The notes beneath the pieces are model-generated. The model saw nothing but the letters and a program-made list of their open reading frames with translations, was not told the DNA's origin and made no database searches. Below are positions 47,095-56,873 of a stretch of 64,000 nucleotides of DNA, piece after piece. The translations under genes and the position numbers were made by a program. The first letter of the stretch is position 1. Every line of letters begins with the position of its first letter. The DNA comes from Candidatus Sumerlaeia bacterium (lineage in GTDB: Bacteria > Sumerlaeota > Sumerlaeia > SLMS01). The DNA lies in the NCBI GenBank assembly GCA_038208905.1, contig JBBQYG010000001.1, positions 7,789 to 71,788 on the forward strand. Reading direction: 5' to 3'.

Positions 47095-48774
47095 TCAGCG
47101 GAGGTGGAAGCCCGTGCGGTGTGGGACGAATGGTTCCGCGGGGTGGGCCTTGGTCTGAACGCGGAGGCACCGCAGGAAATTCAGCAAGTCCTCCTGCTCG
47201 CTGGCGGAGAGCGCCTTGAAGATTGCCACGGAGCTGTTGGCCTCGCTTCCCTCGCCCGCGTGCATCACCACCGCCTCGCGCAGCGTGGTCGCGCGCCCAT
47301 CGTGCAGCCACGGCCCCGTGTCGGCCACGCCCCACAGGGGCCGCGTCACGAAGAGATCGGGCTCCACCGTGAGCGAGCGCATCTCTGTCCGCTGGGGAAC
47401 GATGTCAGCCAGTTCGGCGCCCATGCGGTGACGGCGGAGGTCGCTGAAGAGCGGGACGTCGATGGTGCCATCGGCATTGTGGGGCAGGCGGGGCAGCGCC
47501 TCGTCGGGCATGTCCTCGCTGTTGAGGTCGAATGTATACCCCGTGGGCCGCTCGTCGGCGCCCTTCCGCAGGGCATGGGTGCGCTGAACCACGGGGGCGA
47601 GGTTCTCCGAGAGGAACTCCCCGGGCACCATCGGCGGCATCTCGCCCTCGACCTGCTTGAAGACGGAAACGAACTCGGCGGATTTGCGGAAGGGCTGTTC
47701 GCGGATCGCGAGCTCGCGCGGGTCCAGAATCGTGACGCGCGGGTCGCGAATGCGCAGGCTGGGCACATGGCATACAGTGCAGCCAACTGTGTCCATCAAC
47801 GCGCGGCCACGCGCCGTGGAGGCACTATCCAACTGGCGTTCGTCCACCGCGGGCGGGCGCATCGCGGCGAGGAAGATCGCGATGGCCGAAACCTCGCCCT
47901 CCAGCATTTCGTGATAGGCGCCCTGGGCGTCGTCGTCGATGAAGCCGCGCTCCAGCAGTTCGCGCGGCTGGATGGCGAAATGGAAGTTCACCGCACCGGC
48001 GATGAAGTTGCGCAGCGACGAGGCGATGCCCTTGAACTGAAAGGGCCGCACGACCATGTCCAGGCTGACGCCCTGGACTTCCGACCGGTCGAGCGCCCCC
48101 ACCGAACTCGCCGTGATGTATCCGAAGCCGACTCCCTTGGAGACGAGGGCCTTGCGCGACGGCACACCCGTCGCCACCGCCTCTCGCAATGCCTCGTCGG
48201 CGATATCGAGCAGGTCCGAAGTCATTTCGTCGGAGAGGCGCTGTATATACCCTAGCCCGAAATTGTGGGGCGGGTTGCGGACGATGCCCCGCGTCATGTC
48301 GTCGGGTTCCTCGAAGATGAACACGTTGGCGGAAAACCCCGCGCCGGAGCCAATGCTCCCCGATTCGCGCGGCATCGAGAGGTCGCCGTGCCTTGTGGAA
48401 CCCATGGCGCTGTGGCACTCGAAGCAGCCCTGTGCGTCGAGGCCGTTGAACCGCAGGAACGGCGAAATTGTCCCCCCCGCAAGCGAGAGCTTCCTTCTGC
48501 GCGGACCCGTCGGGCCTTCCCCGAATCCGTCGTCGGTTGTGTAGCGGTTCGTGTACAGATGCATCCCGCGATAGAACAGCGTCGGCAGGTCCACCGTTCC
48601 CGCGTTGATGTCGTCCTGGGCCGTCAGGACGCCGGGCTTCAGCACGCCATCGTGTGGATGGGGCAGCGTCGGCACCGGGTCGTCGGGCCGCGTGCCGCCG
48701 TCATAGGCGGCACCCGCCGGGGAACCGGCGAGGAGAAGGCCAAGGGCGATGCAGGAAAGGGATCGAAAGGCCAT
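47095..48774 (-). CDS. Di-haem c-type cytochrome oxidoreductase (DUF1111-like putative peroxidase/thiol oxidoreductase)
   Basis: Signal peptide (MAFRSLSCIALGLLLAGSPAGAA). Two CxxCH haem-binding motifs (CFECHS, CTVCHV) about 210 aa apart. Roughly 560 aa. Confidence 0.6.
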   Translation of the reverse strand: MAFRSLSCIALGLLLAGSPAGAAYDGGTRPDDPVPTLPHPHDGVLKPGVLTAQDDINAGTVDLPTLFYRGMHLYTNRYTTDDGFGEGPTGPRRRKLSLAGGTISPFLRFNGLDAQGCFECHSAMGSTRHGDLSMPRESGSIGSGAGFSANVFIFEEPDDMTRGIVRNPPHNFGLGYIQRLSDEMTSDLLDIADEALREAVATGVPSRKALVSKGVGFGYITASSVGALDRSEVQGVSLDMVVRPFQFKGIASSLRNFIAGAVNFHFAIQPRELLERGFIDDDAQGAYHEMLEGEVSAIAIFLAAMRPPAVDERQLDSASTARGRALMDTVGCTVCHVPSLRIRDPRVTILDPRELAIREQPFRKSAEFVSVFKQVEGEMPPMVPGEFLSENLAPVVQRTHALRKGADERPTGYTFDLNSEDMPDEALPRLPHNADGTIDVPLFSDLRRHRMGAELADIVPQRTEMRSLTVEPDLFVTRPLWGVADTGPWLHDGRATTLREAVVMHAGEGSEANSSVAIFKALSASEQEDLLNFLRCLRVQTKAHPAEPFVPHRTGFHLR

Positions 48775-48914
48775 GGTACGGGGTCGCAAGGATGTATCGG
48801 ATGCTGGTCGAAAACAAACGAAGTCTAGGCGGCCCGCATTGTCACGGGCAATCTGGATTGAGGCCATGTTGGGCGTCGGAAATCCGGGATTGCTCGGGAG
48901 GGGCGATCAAATGG

Positions 48915-51116
48915 ATGCTGGCCTCCGCCATGTCAGCCGCCGCCATCCCAGCCCCGACGACCGTCCCGCGCAAGAGCCCGTGGCTGGTGGGCCCCATGGT
49001 GGACATCCTGATCGGGTGTGGCGCGTGGACGATTCCCCTGCTGGTGGCGACGCGCCTGGCGGAGACCTCTCAGGTCATCGCGGTTTCCTTTTTCTTCTAC
49101 TTCCTCACGATCTTCTGCAACAATCCACACTATATGGCGACGATCTATCGCGCCTATGGCACGCGGGCGGATTTCAGCAAGTACCGGTTCTTCACGGTTT
49201 ACCTGACGGCGCTTCTGATCCTGACGGCGGTGGGGGCCCACTTTGCGCCGGTGGTGTTGCCGATCCTGTTTACGGTCTATCTGACGTGGAGCCCCTGGCA
49301 CTACACCGGCCAGAACTTCGGCATTGCGATGATGTTTGCGCGGCGGGCGGGGGTACAGCCGACGCGGACGCAACGCAACCTCCTCTACGCCGCCTTTGGA
49401 GCGTCCTACCTCGTCTGGTTCCTGTCTATACATTCCACCTTCGCGGCCAGCCCCTACATCCTGACGCTCGGCATTCCGTCCGCCGTGGCGGAGCCGTTGC
49501 GCTGGGTCCTCTTCGCCGTGTTCGTCACGACGGCGGGGCTCGCCATCGCGGGGATGTCGCGCGTGGTGGGAATGCGGGCGCTCATGCCGGCGGCGATCCT
49601 GATCTCCACCCAGTTCCTGTGGTTCGTGCTGCCGGTTTTCCTGAGCACCCTCGCCGCCGACACCGCCGCGCCGCTCTACTTCAGCACCGGGGCGCTGGCG
49701 TTCATGCACTGCGCCCAGTACCTGTGGATCACCAGCTACTACGCCCGGCGCGAATCCGACACCGGCGCGCGGCCCTCGCGGTGGAGGCCGGTTGCCTACT
49801 ATGGCGGCATGGTGGTGGGCGGCATTGCGCTCTTTGTGCCGGGGCCGTGGCTGGTCAGCCGCGTGTTCCGCTTCAACCTGGTGGAGAGCTACCTGATCTT
49901 CAGCTCGCTGGTGAACATCCACCACTTCCTGCTGGACGGCGCGATTTGGAAACTGAGGGACGGGCGCATTGCCGCGCTTCTTCTCGGCACGTCGGGTCGC
50001 GCTTCGGCGGATGGCTCCGCGCGCCGCGGCCTGCTCGTCCGCGGGGCGGGATGGATCATGGCGCCCCGGGCCCGATTTGCGCGGTACGGGCTGGCGGCGG
50101 CGATCATCGCCATCGGACTGCTGGATCAGTGGCAATACTTCCTGACGATGGACGGCGCCCCCACCGAGCGCGCGGCCCTGGCGGAGCGCCTGAACCCCTC
50201 AGACTCCCGCGCCCTGATGCGGCAGGCGCGCCAAAGCCTCGACGCCGGGCGCCCCGCGGAGGCCCTCGACCTCGTCACGCGCGTCTCCGCCCTCGGCGGG
50301 CTCAACGCCGACGCGCTCCGGCTGCGCGGCAATATCCTCGCCGGCGCGGGTCAGGACGACGAGGCATGGCTCACCTACCGCACGCTGGAGGCCGTCGTCC
50401 GCCCCGACATTCCCACGCTGGTCAACGTCGGCGTCCTCGCGGCCAGGCGCGGCGAGAAGACCACCGCCATCGCGAAGTTCCGCGCCGCCCTCTCCGCAGA
50501 TCCCGTGCGCACCGATGTGATGCTGAACCTGGCCGAGGCCCTGTATGAGCGCGGCGACTATCGCGAGGCCATCGCGCAGTACGACGCCTACATCGTGGCC
50601 GCGGGCGCGAAAGCCAAGACGCCCGGCGAGTTGCGCGGCGTCCTTCGCGCGACGCTCCGCATGGCCGCCGCACAGGCCGGCGCGGGCGAGGACGAGGCCG
50701 CCTTCGAGACCGCCCGCTCCGCCGCCCAGCTCGCCGCCGGAGCCTCGCTCCCCGACCTCGAGAGCCAGGCCCTCGAGCGCATGAGCGGCATCCTCAGCGA
50801 CGGCGGCAACGACCGCGCCGCTCTGCCGCTCCTCCAGCAGGCCGTGGGTCGCGCGGGAGAGGCCCGCGATCCCCTGCTGGCCGCCATTCAGTTCTACAAC
50901 CTGGGCACCATGCTGACGCGCATCGAAGCGCGCGAAGAGGAGGCCTGGGCCTGCCTCGTCGAGTCGCGCCGCCTCTTCTCCGAAAGCCCCGGAGCCCAGG
51001 CCCCCGCGACCCTCCCCGGCCTGATCGCCGGACTGGAAGCCACCCACCCCGTGCTCGCCACGCTCCCCGACCCCGACCGCCTCGCGCGCCTCCGCCGCGC
51101 CCTCACACAGCCATAG
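48915..51116 (+). CDS. Polytopic membrane protein with a C-terminal TPR-repeat domain
   Basis: ATG at 48915. About 11 TM segments in the first ~430 aa. The C-terminal ~300 aa are Ala/Leu/Arg-rich with TPR-like periodicity (ALDLVTRVSALGG..., EAIAQYDAYIVAAG...). Confidence 0.55.
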   Translation: MLASAMSAAAIPAPTTVPRKSPWLVGPMVDILIGCGAWTIPLLVATRLAETSQVIAVSFFFYFLTIFCNNPHYMATIYRAYGTRADFSKYRFFTVYLTALLILTAVGAHFAPVVLPILFTVYLTWSPWHYTGQNFGIAMMFARRAGVQPTRTQRNLLYAAFGASYLVWFLSIHSTFAASPYILTLGIPSAVAEPLRWVLFAVFVTTAGLAIAGMSRVVGMRALMPAAILISTQFLWFVLPVFLSTLAADTAAPLYFSTGALAFMHCAQYLWITSYYARRESDTGARPSRWRPVAYYGGMVVGGIALFVPGPWLVSRVFRFNLVESYLIFSSLVNIHHFLLDGAIWKLRDGRIAALLLGTSGRASADGSARRGLLVRGAGWIMAPRARFARYGLAAAIIAIGLLDQWQYFLTMDGAPTERAALAERLNPSDSRALMRQARQSLDAGRPAEALDLVTRVSALGGLNADALRLRGNILAGAGQDDEAWLTYRTLEAVVRPDIPTLVNVGVLAARRGEKTTAIAKFRAALSADPVRTDVMLNLAEALYERGDYREAIAQYDAYIVAAGAKAKTPGELRGVLRATLRMAAAQAGAGEDEAAFETARSAAQLAAGASLPDLESQALERMSGILSDGGNDRAALPLLQQAVGRAGEARDPLLAAIQFYNLGTMLTRIEAREEEAWACLVESRRLFSESPGAQAPATLPGLIAGLEATHPVLATLPDPDRLARLRRALTQP

Positions 51117-51178
51117 GCTTGACCGGCGACGCCCCGCCGCCGATACTCTCCCCCATCACCCCGGGGAGCGCGCCGACC

Positions 51179-51526
51179 ATGGACCACGACCACAAGAATC
51201 ACCCCCACCAGCACGGCCCAGGCTGTGGACACCCCGCCGTCGTCCACGGCGACCACGTGGACTACCTCCACAACGGCCACCTGCACCACGTGGACGGCAC
51301 CAAGGTGGAGGAACACGCCCTGGACATCACCCCCCGCAACCCCTCCGACTGCGAAGCCACCAGCCTCCACACCCCGCACCACACCCACGGCCCCACCTGC
51401 GGCCACGAAGCCGTCCCCCACGGCGACCACACCGACTACGTCGTCAACGGACGCCTCCACCACCCCCACGACGGACACTGCGACGATCATGGTCCGGTGG
51501 TGGTGTTGAAGAATATGGCGCCGTGA
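51179..51526 (+). CDS. Small His/Cys-rich putative metal-binding protein with an internal tandem duplication
   Basis: Two ~28-aa repeats: HGPGCGHPAVVHGDHVDYLHNGHLHHVDG and HGPTCGHEAVPHGDHTDYVVNGRLHHPHDG, plus a C-terminal HCDDHGP. An alternative upstream start lies at 51119. Confidence 0.5.
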   Translation: MDHDHKNHPHQHGPGCGHPAVVHGDHVDYLHNGHLHHVDGTKVEEHALDITPRNPSDCEATSLHTPHHTHGPTCGHEAVPHGDHTDYVVNGRLHHPHDGHCDDHGPVVVLKNMAP

Positions 51527-51565
51527 GGGGCGCTGCACTTTTCGCTTCATAGTCGAAAGCGCCCG
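51527..51565. terminator. Bidirectional terminator-like hairpin between convergent genes
   Basis: gggcgc tgcacttttcgcttcatagtcgaaa gcgccc with an inner cttttcg/cgaaag pairing. Flanked by T-runs on both strands. Confidence 0.4.
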
Positions 51566-51578
51566 GATTTCGAAATTC

Positions 51579-52745
51579 TCAGGGCTCGGTATCCTGGGCT
51601 GCTTTGTAGGCCTGCCGCATGTGGTGGGGCTCCTCGGGGATCGTGTATTTCAGGCTACCCTCCGCAATCATGGGGCTCAATTGATTCTCCACCAAGTATG
51701 TCTGATTCCGCCCAAGAATTCGTGCGATTTCCTCGGCCCTGAGTGGCCTCCATTCACATAGCTCGATGATGGCGGCCCGAAGCTTTTCTTTGCGGGCGCT
51801 CTTGCCCAACCCTTCCACTTTCAGTAGAATCGCCGGGGGGATAGCCCTTAGATTTTTTGGCAAGCTGCGCAGCCTATCGCCTATTGGGCCCCACTCCTCC
51901 ATCAGCGAGCCCTCGTCCTCCACTTCGAGCCCCTCGACCTCACTAGGGTTCGTGCCGACCTCACGAGGTTTCTGCCCGACCTCACTAGGTTTTGCGGGGA
52001 CCTCCTCAGATCTTGCGGCAGCGACCTGCATAGGTTTCGAAGACTCTTCGCCGCGCTCCTCCTGCAGGTAGGCAGATGGCACGTAGTAGGTGGCTGATCC
52101 TTTCCCTTTCTGGTCGAGAAGGCCTTCATCGCGAAGCCGACGCAGGGTTCTGCTGGCAGCGAGAGTCTCGGCTCCAGAAAGATTTCGAAGCGCCCGATTG
52201 CTGATTGCTCCCAGTTCACGGGCGTAGACGAGCGCCTGGCATTCATCTGCAGTTAGGTAGTGTTGCCGGAAACGGGCCAGCCACTCCACGTCCTCGCCGC
52301 CAAGCAGATGGTGGAAGAGGAGGATTAGACTGAAGGCATTGCCTGCTCGGTTGGATTCGAACGTCGGTGGCGCCAATCCGGCGTTCTGCATTTGCTCCCT
52401 CATAATGGAGATACCCCGCCCCTTGGTCTCGGCAAAGCGGGTTTCGTGAAGTACCTCGGCAATCCATGGATTTCTTGACACCGAGACGGGATCACCGAGG
52501 AGTTCCTCGGCCTTGAGCGAGTAGCCGGGATTCCTGAACTCCAGCCGGTTCCGATCCGATTGTACGGATGCTTCTGGCGCCACTTCAACGACGCCCACCG
52601 GCCGTGCAATGCCGGCGCGGCCGATGCTTGCCTGATAGCGGCAGGACCGATGAATCTCTGGATCAAGTCGTAGGCTTGATCTACGAGCCCGTTGTTGTCG
52701 TTCCAGCCGGCGTAGGCGAGGATGAACTGTCTGCGGCCGCCCCCC
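51579..52745 (-). pseudogene. Remnant of an AlbA_2/HATPase_c_4 ('RecG C-terminal-like') putative transcriptional-regulator gene. N-terminally truncated and frameshifted.
   Basis: Translation ...VQSDRNRLEFRNPGYSL...SRNPWIAEVLHETRFAETKGRGISIMREQMQNAGLAPPTFE matches HATPase_c_4. The C-terminal winged-HTH is intact. Upstream protein-like sequence (FILAYAGWNDNNGLVDQAYDLIQRFIG) sits in a different frame and is cut off by the neighbouring gene end at 52746. GC is about 55% against a roughly 68% background. A 13-nt unit cctagtgaggtcg is repeated 3 times. Confidence 0.5.
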
Positions 52746-55556
52746 CTACCTCACCCGCCATTCCTCCCCCGCGTCCTCCCCGCCCAGCGCGCCGGTTACC
52801 CTTAGCGCCAGCAGGCTTGTCGGGTGGGCGCCGTATTGGCCGGAGTAGCCGATGAGGCGGAATTCGACGGGTTGGGTGAGGGCTCGGAAGCGGGGCTCCT
52901 GGGGGAAGGCGATGCGGAGCGTTTGGTCGTCCTCCGATTGGGAGCGCGGCGTGGTGAGGAGCGCGGCGGGCTCGGCGAAGCCGTCGATGCTGCTGAACAC
53001 GGCGTAGCGTCGCGGGGCGTGCCAGCTCTGGCGGCGGATGGTGAGCGTGAGGTCGTGGCCCGCGAGCGTGAGCGGCTGCTGCTCAGGCGGGGTGATGGTG
53101 AAAGTGAGGTGCTGGCCCTGTTGAATCGCATAGGCGAGGGTGGCGGCGGCTTCCTCCGCGGGGAGGTTGACGGACCAGCGCAGTGCGTCGTCTCCGGCCG
53201 TGCGGACGATGCCCGGTCCGGCGTCGATGCCCGACCATTCGAGCCCGCTGGCGAGCACGTGGTGGCTGGTCCACGGGAGGCTCTGGCCTGGATTGGAGCC
53301 GAGGAAGCTGGCCTCCACGATGACGTTGGGCCCGCCCACGGTGTGCAGGCTAAAGGTGCGCCAAGTGGCGTCGCCGTTGGCGTCAACGACCCGCGTATAG
53401 ACAAAGGAGAGCCCCGGCTGCGTGGCCGTGCCGGCGATCGTGATTCTGGGCGGCTGGGCGGTGACGATCTCGGCGGAGAGGTCGCCGCGCAGGCGCTCGG
53501 CGATGATCTCAACCGAGAGCGGGCCATCGCCGCCGGTGGTGGCAATCGTCGCGGTGTAGGGCTCGCCATACTTCGCAACGGGAAGGAGGGGCGGCGTTTG
53601 GAAGGACGGGACGGCCCCCTCTGGTTCGTCCACGTGGTTGGTGCGCGGGCTTTCGGCGATCCAATCGAGGAGGAATTGATACTTGTGGGCGTCGGCGTTG
53701 GGCTGGGTCAGGTGCTCCAAGTGGCCCCATTGCCCATACTTGCCGAAGGGGGATGAATCGGTGAACATCACATGCGTGCGCAGGCCCTTTGACCGTGCCA
53801 TGTTCAGGTGGGCGCGATAGACATCGCGGATGCGGGGGTCGCGGTTCATCATGGAGAGGAAGGTGGTGATGCCATCGTCGCGGGCGTCTCCGCCGTCATA
53901 GCCGTCGGTGTAAAGCGACGGCCCGCCCTCGTAGGCGATGAGCGGCTTGGGAGCCGGGAACGCCGTCCGCGCGAGGTCCACGGCCCAGCGGTCAAAGCCA
54001 CCGGCAAACGCCGTTGCGTCGGGTCCGGCGCCCTCGCGCGCATCGCCAGAGAGCATGCGCTCCATCCACTCGTCATAGGCCTCCGCGATGTGGCGGTGGT
54101 TGCTGGCGCTTCCCCAATAGGGATCGTCGGCGGGGACGGATACGGGGCGCATATTCCCGCCGCCGGGGTTGAACGTCTGGGTGGTCAGGAACCACGGATC
54201 GTCGGTGCCGGCCTGCTCCTGCGCGCGCTGAAAAACCCAGTCCTGAATGCCATTGCCAAAGTAGGTGGTCACGGCGACGGCGTCGGGCTCCACGGGGGGA
54301 TTCAGCGTCGCGCCATAGGTTCTCATCTCGGCGAGGAACTCGGTCGAGTAGCTCTCGACCCCGGTGAAGATCGCCGCCACGCGGACGATTCGCTGGTCTC
54401 CGCCAAAGACCTCCTGAAACTGGCGCCACACGTCGCAGAAGCGCCGCGCGTTGAACTGAGGCTTGCCGATGCCGAGCTCGGTGGCGCGCTGCCGGGCCCA
54501 GTCCCCTTGGGCAAAGGCGTTCCCGTTGCTCCATATCTCATTGGAGTATTCGAGGTAGATCCTCCGCCCCGGCTCGAGCGGCGGATGGACGGGATTTTCC
54601 TGTGGCGATTCATAGGGGGCGACGCCATCGCCGCCGTGGAGCATCAGCAGCGCCAGGTTGCGTATATACGTTTCGTTGGCGAGATGGGGGATGGTGATCC
54701 ACAGGTCGAGTTCCGCCGCGTTGGCCAGCGCGATCACGTGCTCCCACGCGATGCCGGTCTGGCGAATGCCGGCGTGCCCGCCGCCGGGGCTGCGACGATG
54801 TTGCGGCCCCGTTTGGAACACGGCGGAGGGAAGGCGCCGATCGCCCCAGTCCTGCTCGGGATTGGCGTTGGTCTCCGTCAGGTTCATCGTGCGCAGGAAG
54901 CCCCAAGGGGCCTCGCGCAGGCGGGCGAGAAACGCGGGGTGGAAGAGCTGGCCCTCCAGCGACGCGCCCGTGGGATTCGCCGGATCGGGAAGCCACACGT
55001 CCAGATCGGTGAGGGGGTTGGCGGGGTCGAGGGCGTGGACCTCCACCCAGGTGAGCTGACCGCCCGGGGCGAACTGATACGCGCGCCGCCCGTCCACGAG
55101 CGACCCCGTGGCCGCGCCGGAGGAGTCGCCCGCCAGAAAGCCCCCGCCGTTGAGCCGCAGGTCGGCGTTGCCGCGCCACTCCAGCACCACGCGCCCGCGG
55201 ACGAGTTCCGCGCGGTCGGGCTGACCCGTGGCGGCCACGGCGCCGGGGACGTTGGTGGCAAACATCAGGGCGCGATACCGGCGACCCTCTGGCAGGGAAA
55301 TCGGCAACCCGCGCGCCGAAAAGTTTGGCTCGTTCCAGTGGAGGATCTCGCTCCCCCACGGGCCGCCGGGGGTGTACTCCATCCACACCCCGGCAGAGTG
55401 CATCCCGTTTGCGAAGTAGGGCGTGTCCCAATAGCTGACGCCGCCCGAGTGGTACCCCACTGCGGGGAGCGTTGCGGGATCGGCGGCGCCGTGGCCGCGC
55501 GTCACGAGGAGGACCAGCAGCGCGGCGAGGGCGAGGAGGCGACACAGCATGGTCAA
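52746..55556 (-). CDS. Large secreted protein of unknown function (possible carbohydrate-active enzyme; Ig-like He_PIG-type domain near the C-terminus)
   Basis: 936 aa. Signal peptide (MTMLCRLLALAALLVLLV). No catalytic motif recognised. Ig-like stretch PLLPVAKYGEPYTATIATTGGDGPLSVEIIAE. Translationally coupled to the upstream hydrolase gene. Confidence 0.5.
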   Translation of the reverse strand: MTMLCRLLALAALLVLLVTRGHGAADPATLPAVGYHSGGVSYWDTPYFANGMHSAGVWMEYTPGGPWGSEILHWNEPNFSARGLPISLPEGRRYRALMFATNVPGAVAATGQPDRAELVRGRVVLEWRGNADLRLNGGGFLAGDSSGAATGSLVDGRRAYQFAPGGQLTWVEVHALDPANPLTDLDVWLPDPANPTGASLEGQLFHPAFLARLREAPWGFLRTMNLTETNANPEQDWGDRRLPSAVFQTGPQHRRSPGGGHAGIRQTGIAWEHVIALANAAELDLWITIPHLANETYIRNLALLMLHGGDGVAPYESPQENPVHPPLEPGRRIYLEYSNEIWSNGNAFAQGDWARQRATELGIGKPQFNARRFCDVWRQFQEVFGGDQRIVRVAAIFTGVESYSTEFLAEMRTYGATLNPPVEPDAVAVTTYFGNGIQDWVFQRAQEQAGTDDPWFLTTQTFNPGGGNMRPVSVPADDPYWGSASNHRHIAEAYDEWMERMLSGDAREGAGPDATAFAGGFDRWAVDLARTAFPAPKPLIAYEGGPSLYTDGYDGGDARDDGITTFLSMMNRDPRIRDVYRAHLNMARSKGLRTHVMFTDSSPFGKYGQWGHLEHLTQPNADAHKYQFLLDWIAESPRTNHVDEPEGAVPSFQTPPLLPVAKYGEPYTATIATTGGDGPLSVEIIAERLRGDLSAEIVTAQPPRITIAGTATQPGLSFVYTRVVDANGDATWRTFSLHTVGGPNVIVEASFLGSNPGQSLPWTSHHVLASGLEWSGIDAGPGIVRTAGDDALRWSVNLPAEEAAATLAYAIQQGQHLTFTITPPEQQPLTLAGHDLTLTIRRQSWHAPRRYAVFSSIDGFAEPAALLTTPRSQSEDDQTLRIAFPQEPRFRALTQPVEFRLIGYSGQYGAHPTSLLALRVTGALGGEDAGEEWRVR

Positions 55557-56803
55557 TCCGACCCCGCCGCCGTCTGCCCCGCGAAGTAGTCCGTGTACTC
55601 CGGCAGCCCGTGCAGCACCGCGTCGCAGAGTTGTTTTCGGACGGTGGCGATGCTGAGTTCGTCCTTACCCTTGGTGGCGTCGTCGGGGAAGGTTCGGTTG
55701 GTGAAGAAGACCATGTAGGTCTTGGTCTTCTTGTCGATCCAGACCAGGGTGCCGGTGTAGCCGGTGTGGCCGACGATGAGGTCGGCGGGCTGCTGGTTGA
55801 GGTCGGTGGTGTAGGGCTTTGAATCCCACACGTCGAAGCCCAGGCCGCGCTTGGCGTCCACGTTGGCGGGGGACTGGGTGGTGGTGAAGAGGCGGACGGT
55901 TTCGGGCTTGAAGACGCGGGTGTCGCCGAGGGCGCCTTCGTTGGCGATCATCTCGCACCAGCGGGCCACGTCGGCGGCGGTGGAGAAGACCCCCGCGTTG
56001 CCGGGGCAGTGGGCGTCGGACCCGTGGTAGGCCGCCAGCGGGTCGTGGACGATGCCGACGAGGGGGGTGCCGTCCTTGCGCTCGATGGTGGGGGCCGTGC
56101 GGGTGAGGGCCTCCTTGCTGGGGAGGTAGGTGGTGTCCACCATGCCGAGGGGGCCGAAGACGCGCTCGCGCAGGAGGTCCTCCAGGCGCCGTCCGCTGGC
56201 GTTCTCGACAATGCGCGCGGTGGTCTGGAAGTTGAGGCAGCTATAAACGCTCTTGGTGCGCGGTTCATAGGAAGTCTTGAGCGCGGCATAGCGCGCGATC
56301 AGCGCGTCGGCGTTGAGCTGGCCGGGCTGGCGCAGGGACTCCACGGTGTCCTTGTTCTCGTAAGCCTTGAGCCCCGACGTGTGCGTCATCAAATCGCGGA
56401 CGGTGACGGTTTCCTTGCCGTTGGCCTCGAAGCCGGGAATGTACTTGGAGGCGAGGTCGTCGGGGGAAATCACCCCATCCTCCACCAGGATCATGGCCCC
56501 GGTGGTGGTGCCGACCACCTTGGAAACGGAGGCCAGATCGAACACCGTATTCATCTGCATGGGCGCCGCGTCCTCGGCATAGGTGAGCTTGCCGTAGGCC
56601 CTGGACCGCAGGACCTTTCCCGGCTGCCCAACCACCAGGACGGCACCGGGATAGACCTTTGCGGTGATTCCCGCCTCGACGATGGGGTCGAGCTTCTCCC
56701 ACCCGGGCGCGGCGACCTCGGCCAGGGGTTCCGCCGCGGGCGCAACCGGCGCCGCCATCAGCGCGGCGAGCAGAATGGGGGCAGCACGGGGGAAAAGTCG
56801 CAT
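55553..56803 (-). CDS. Serine hydrolase, beta-lactamase/transpeptidase-like family (class C beta-lactamase-related), secreted
   Basis: ATG at 56801-56803. Signal peptide. SxxK motif in TVFDLASVSKVVG. YxN-like region. C-terminal HTGYTG block. Confidence 0.7.
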   Translation of the reverse strand: MRLFPRAAPILLAALMAAPVAPAAEPLAEVAAPGWEKLDPIVEAGITAKVYPGAVLVVGQPGKVLRSRAYGKLTYAEDAAPMQMNTVFDLASVSKVVGTTTGAMILVEDGVISPDDLASKYIPGFEANGKETVTVRDLMTHTSGLKAYENKDTVESLRQPGQLNADALIARYAALKTSYEPRTKSVYSCLNFQTTARIVENASGRRLEDLLRERVFGPLGMVDTTYLPSKEALTRTAPTIERKDGTPLVGIVHDPLAAYHGSDAHCPGNAGVFSTAADVARWCEMIANEGALGDTRVFKPETVRLFTTTQSPANVDAKRGLGFDVWDSKPYTTDLNQQPADLIVGHTGYTGTLVWIDKKTKTYMVFFTNRTFPDDATKGKDELSIATVRKQLCDAVLHGLPEYTDYFAGQTAAGSD

Positions 56804-56873
56804 GGATGGGGCGCCTTGGAAGGGGATTACGGAGGCAAAATACAGCGCGGTCAACACCGATTAGTCAAGGGTG

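Noticed and set aside
52733-52740. NotI site at the junction between the RecG-C-terminal-like remnant and the neighbouring gene end, considered as a possible engineered or assembly joint
   Set aside because: An isolated GCGGCCGC in high-GC DNA is unremarkable. The flanks are native-looking coding sequence and carry no adaptor or vector signature.
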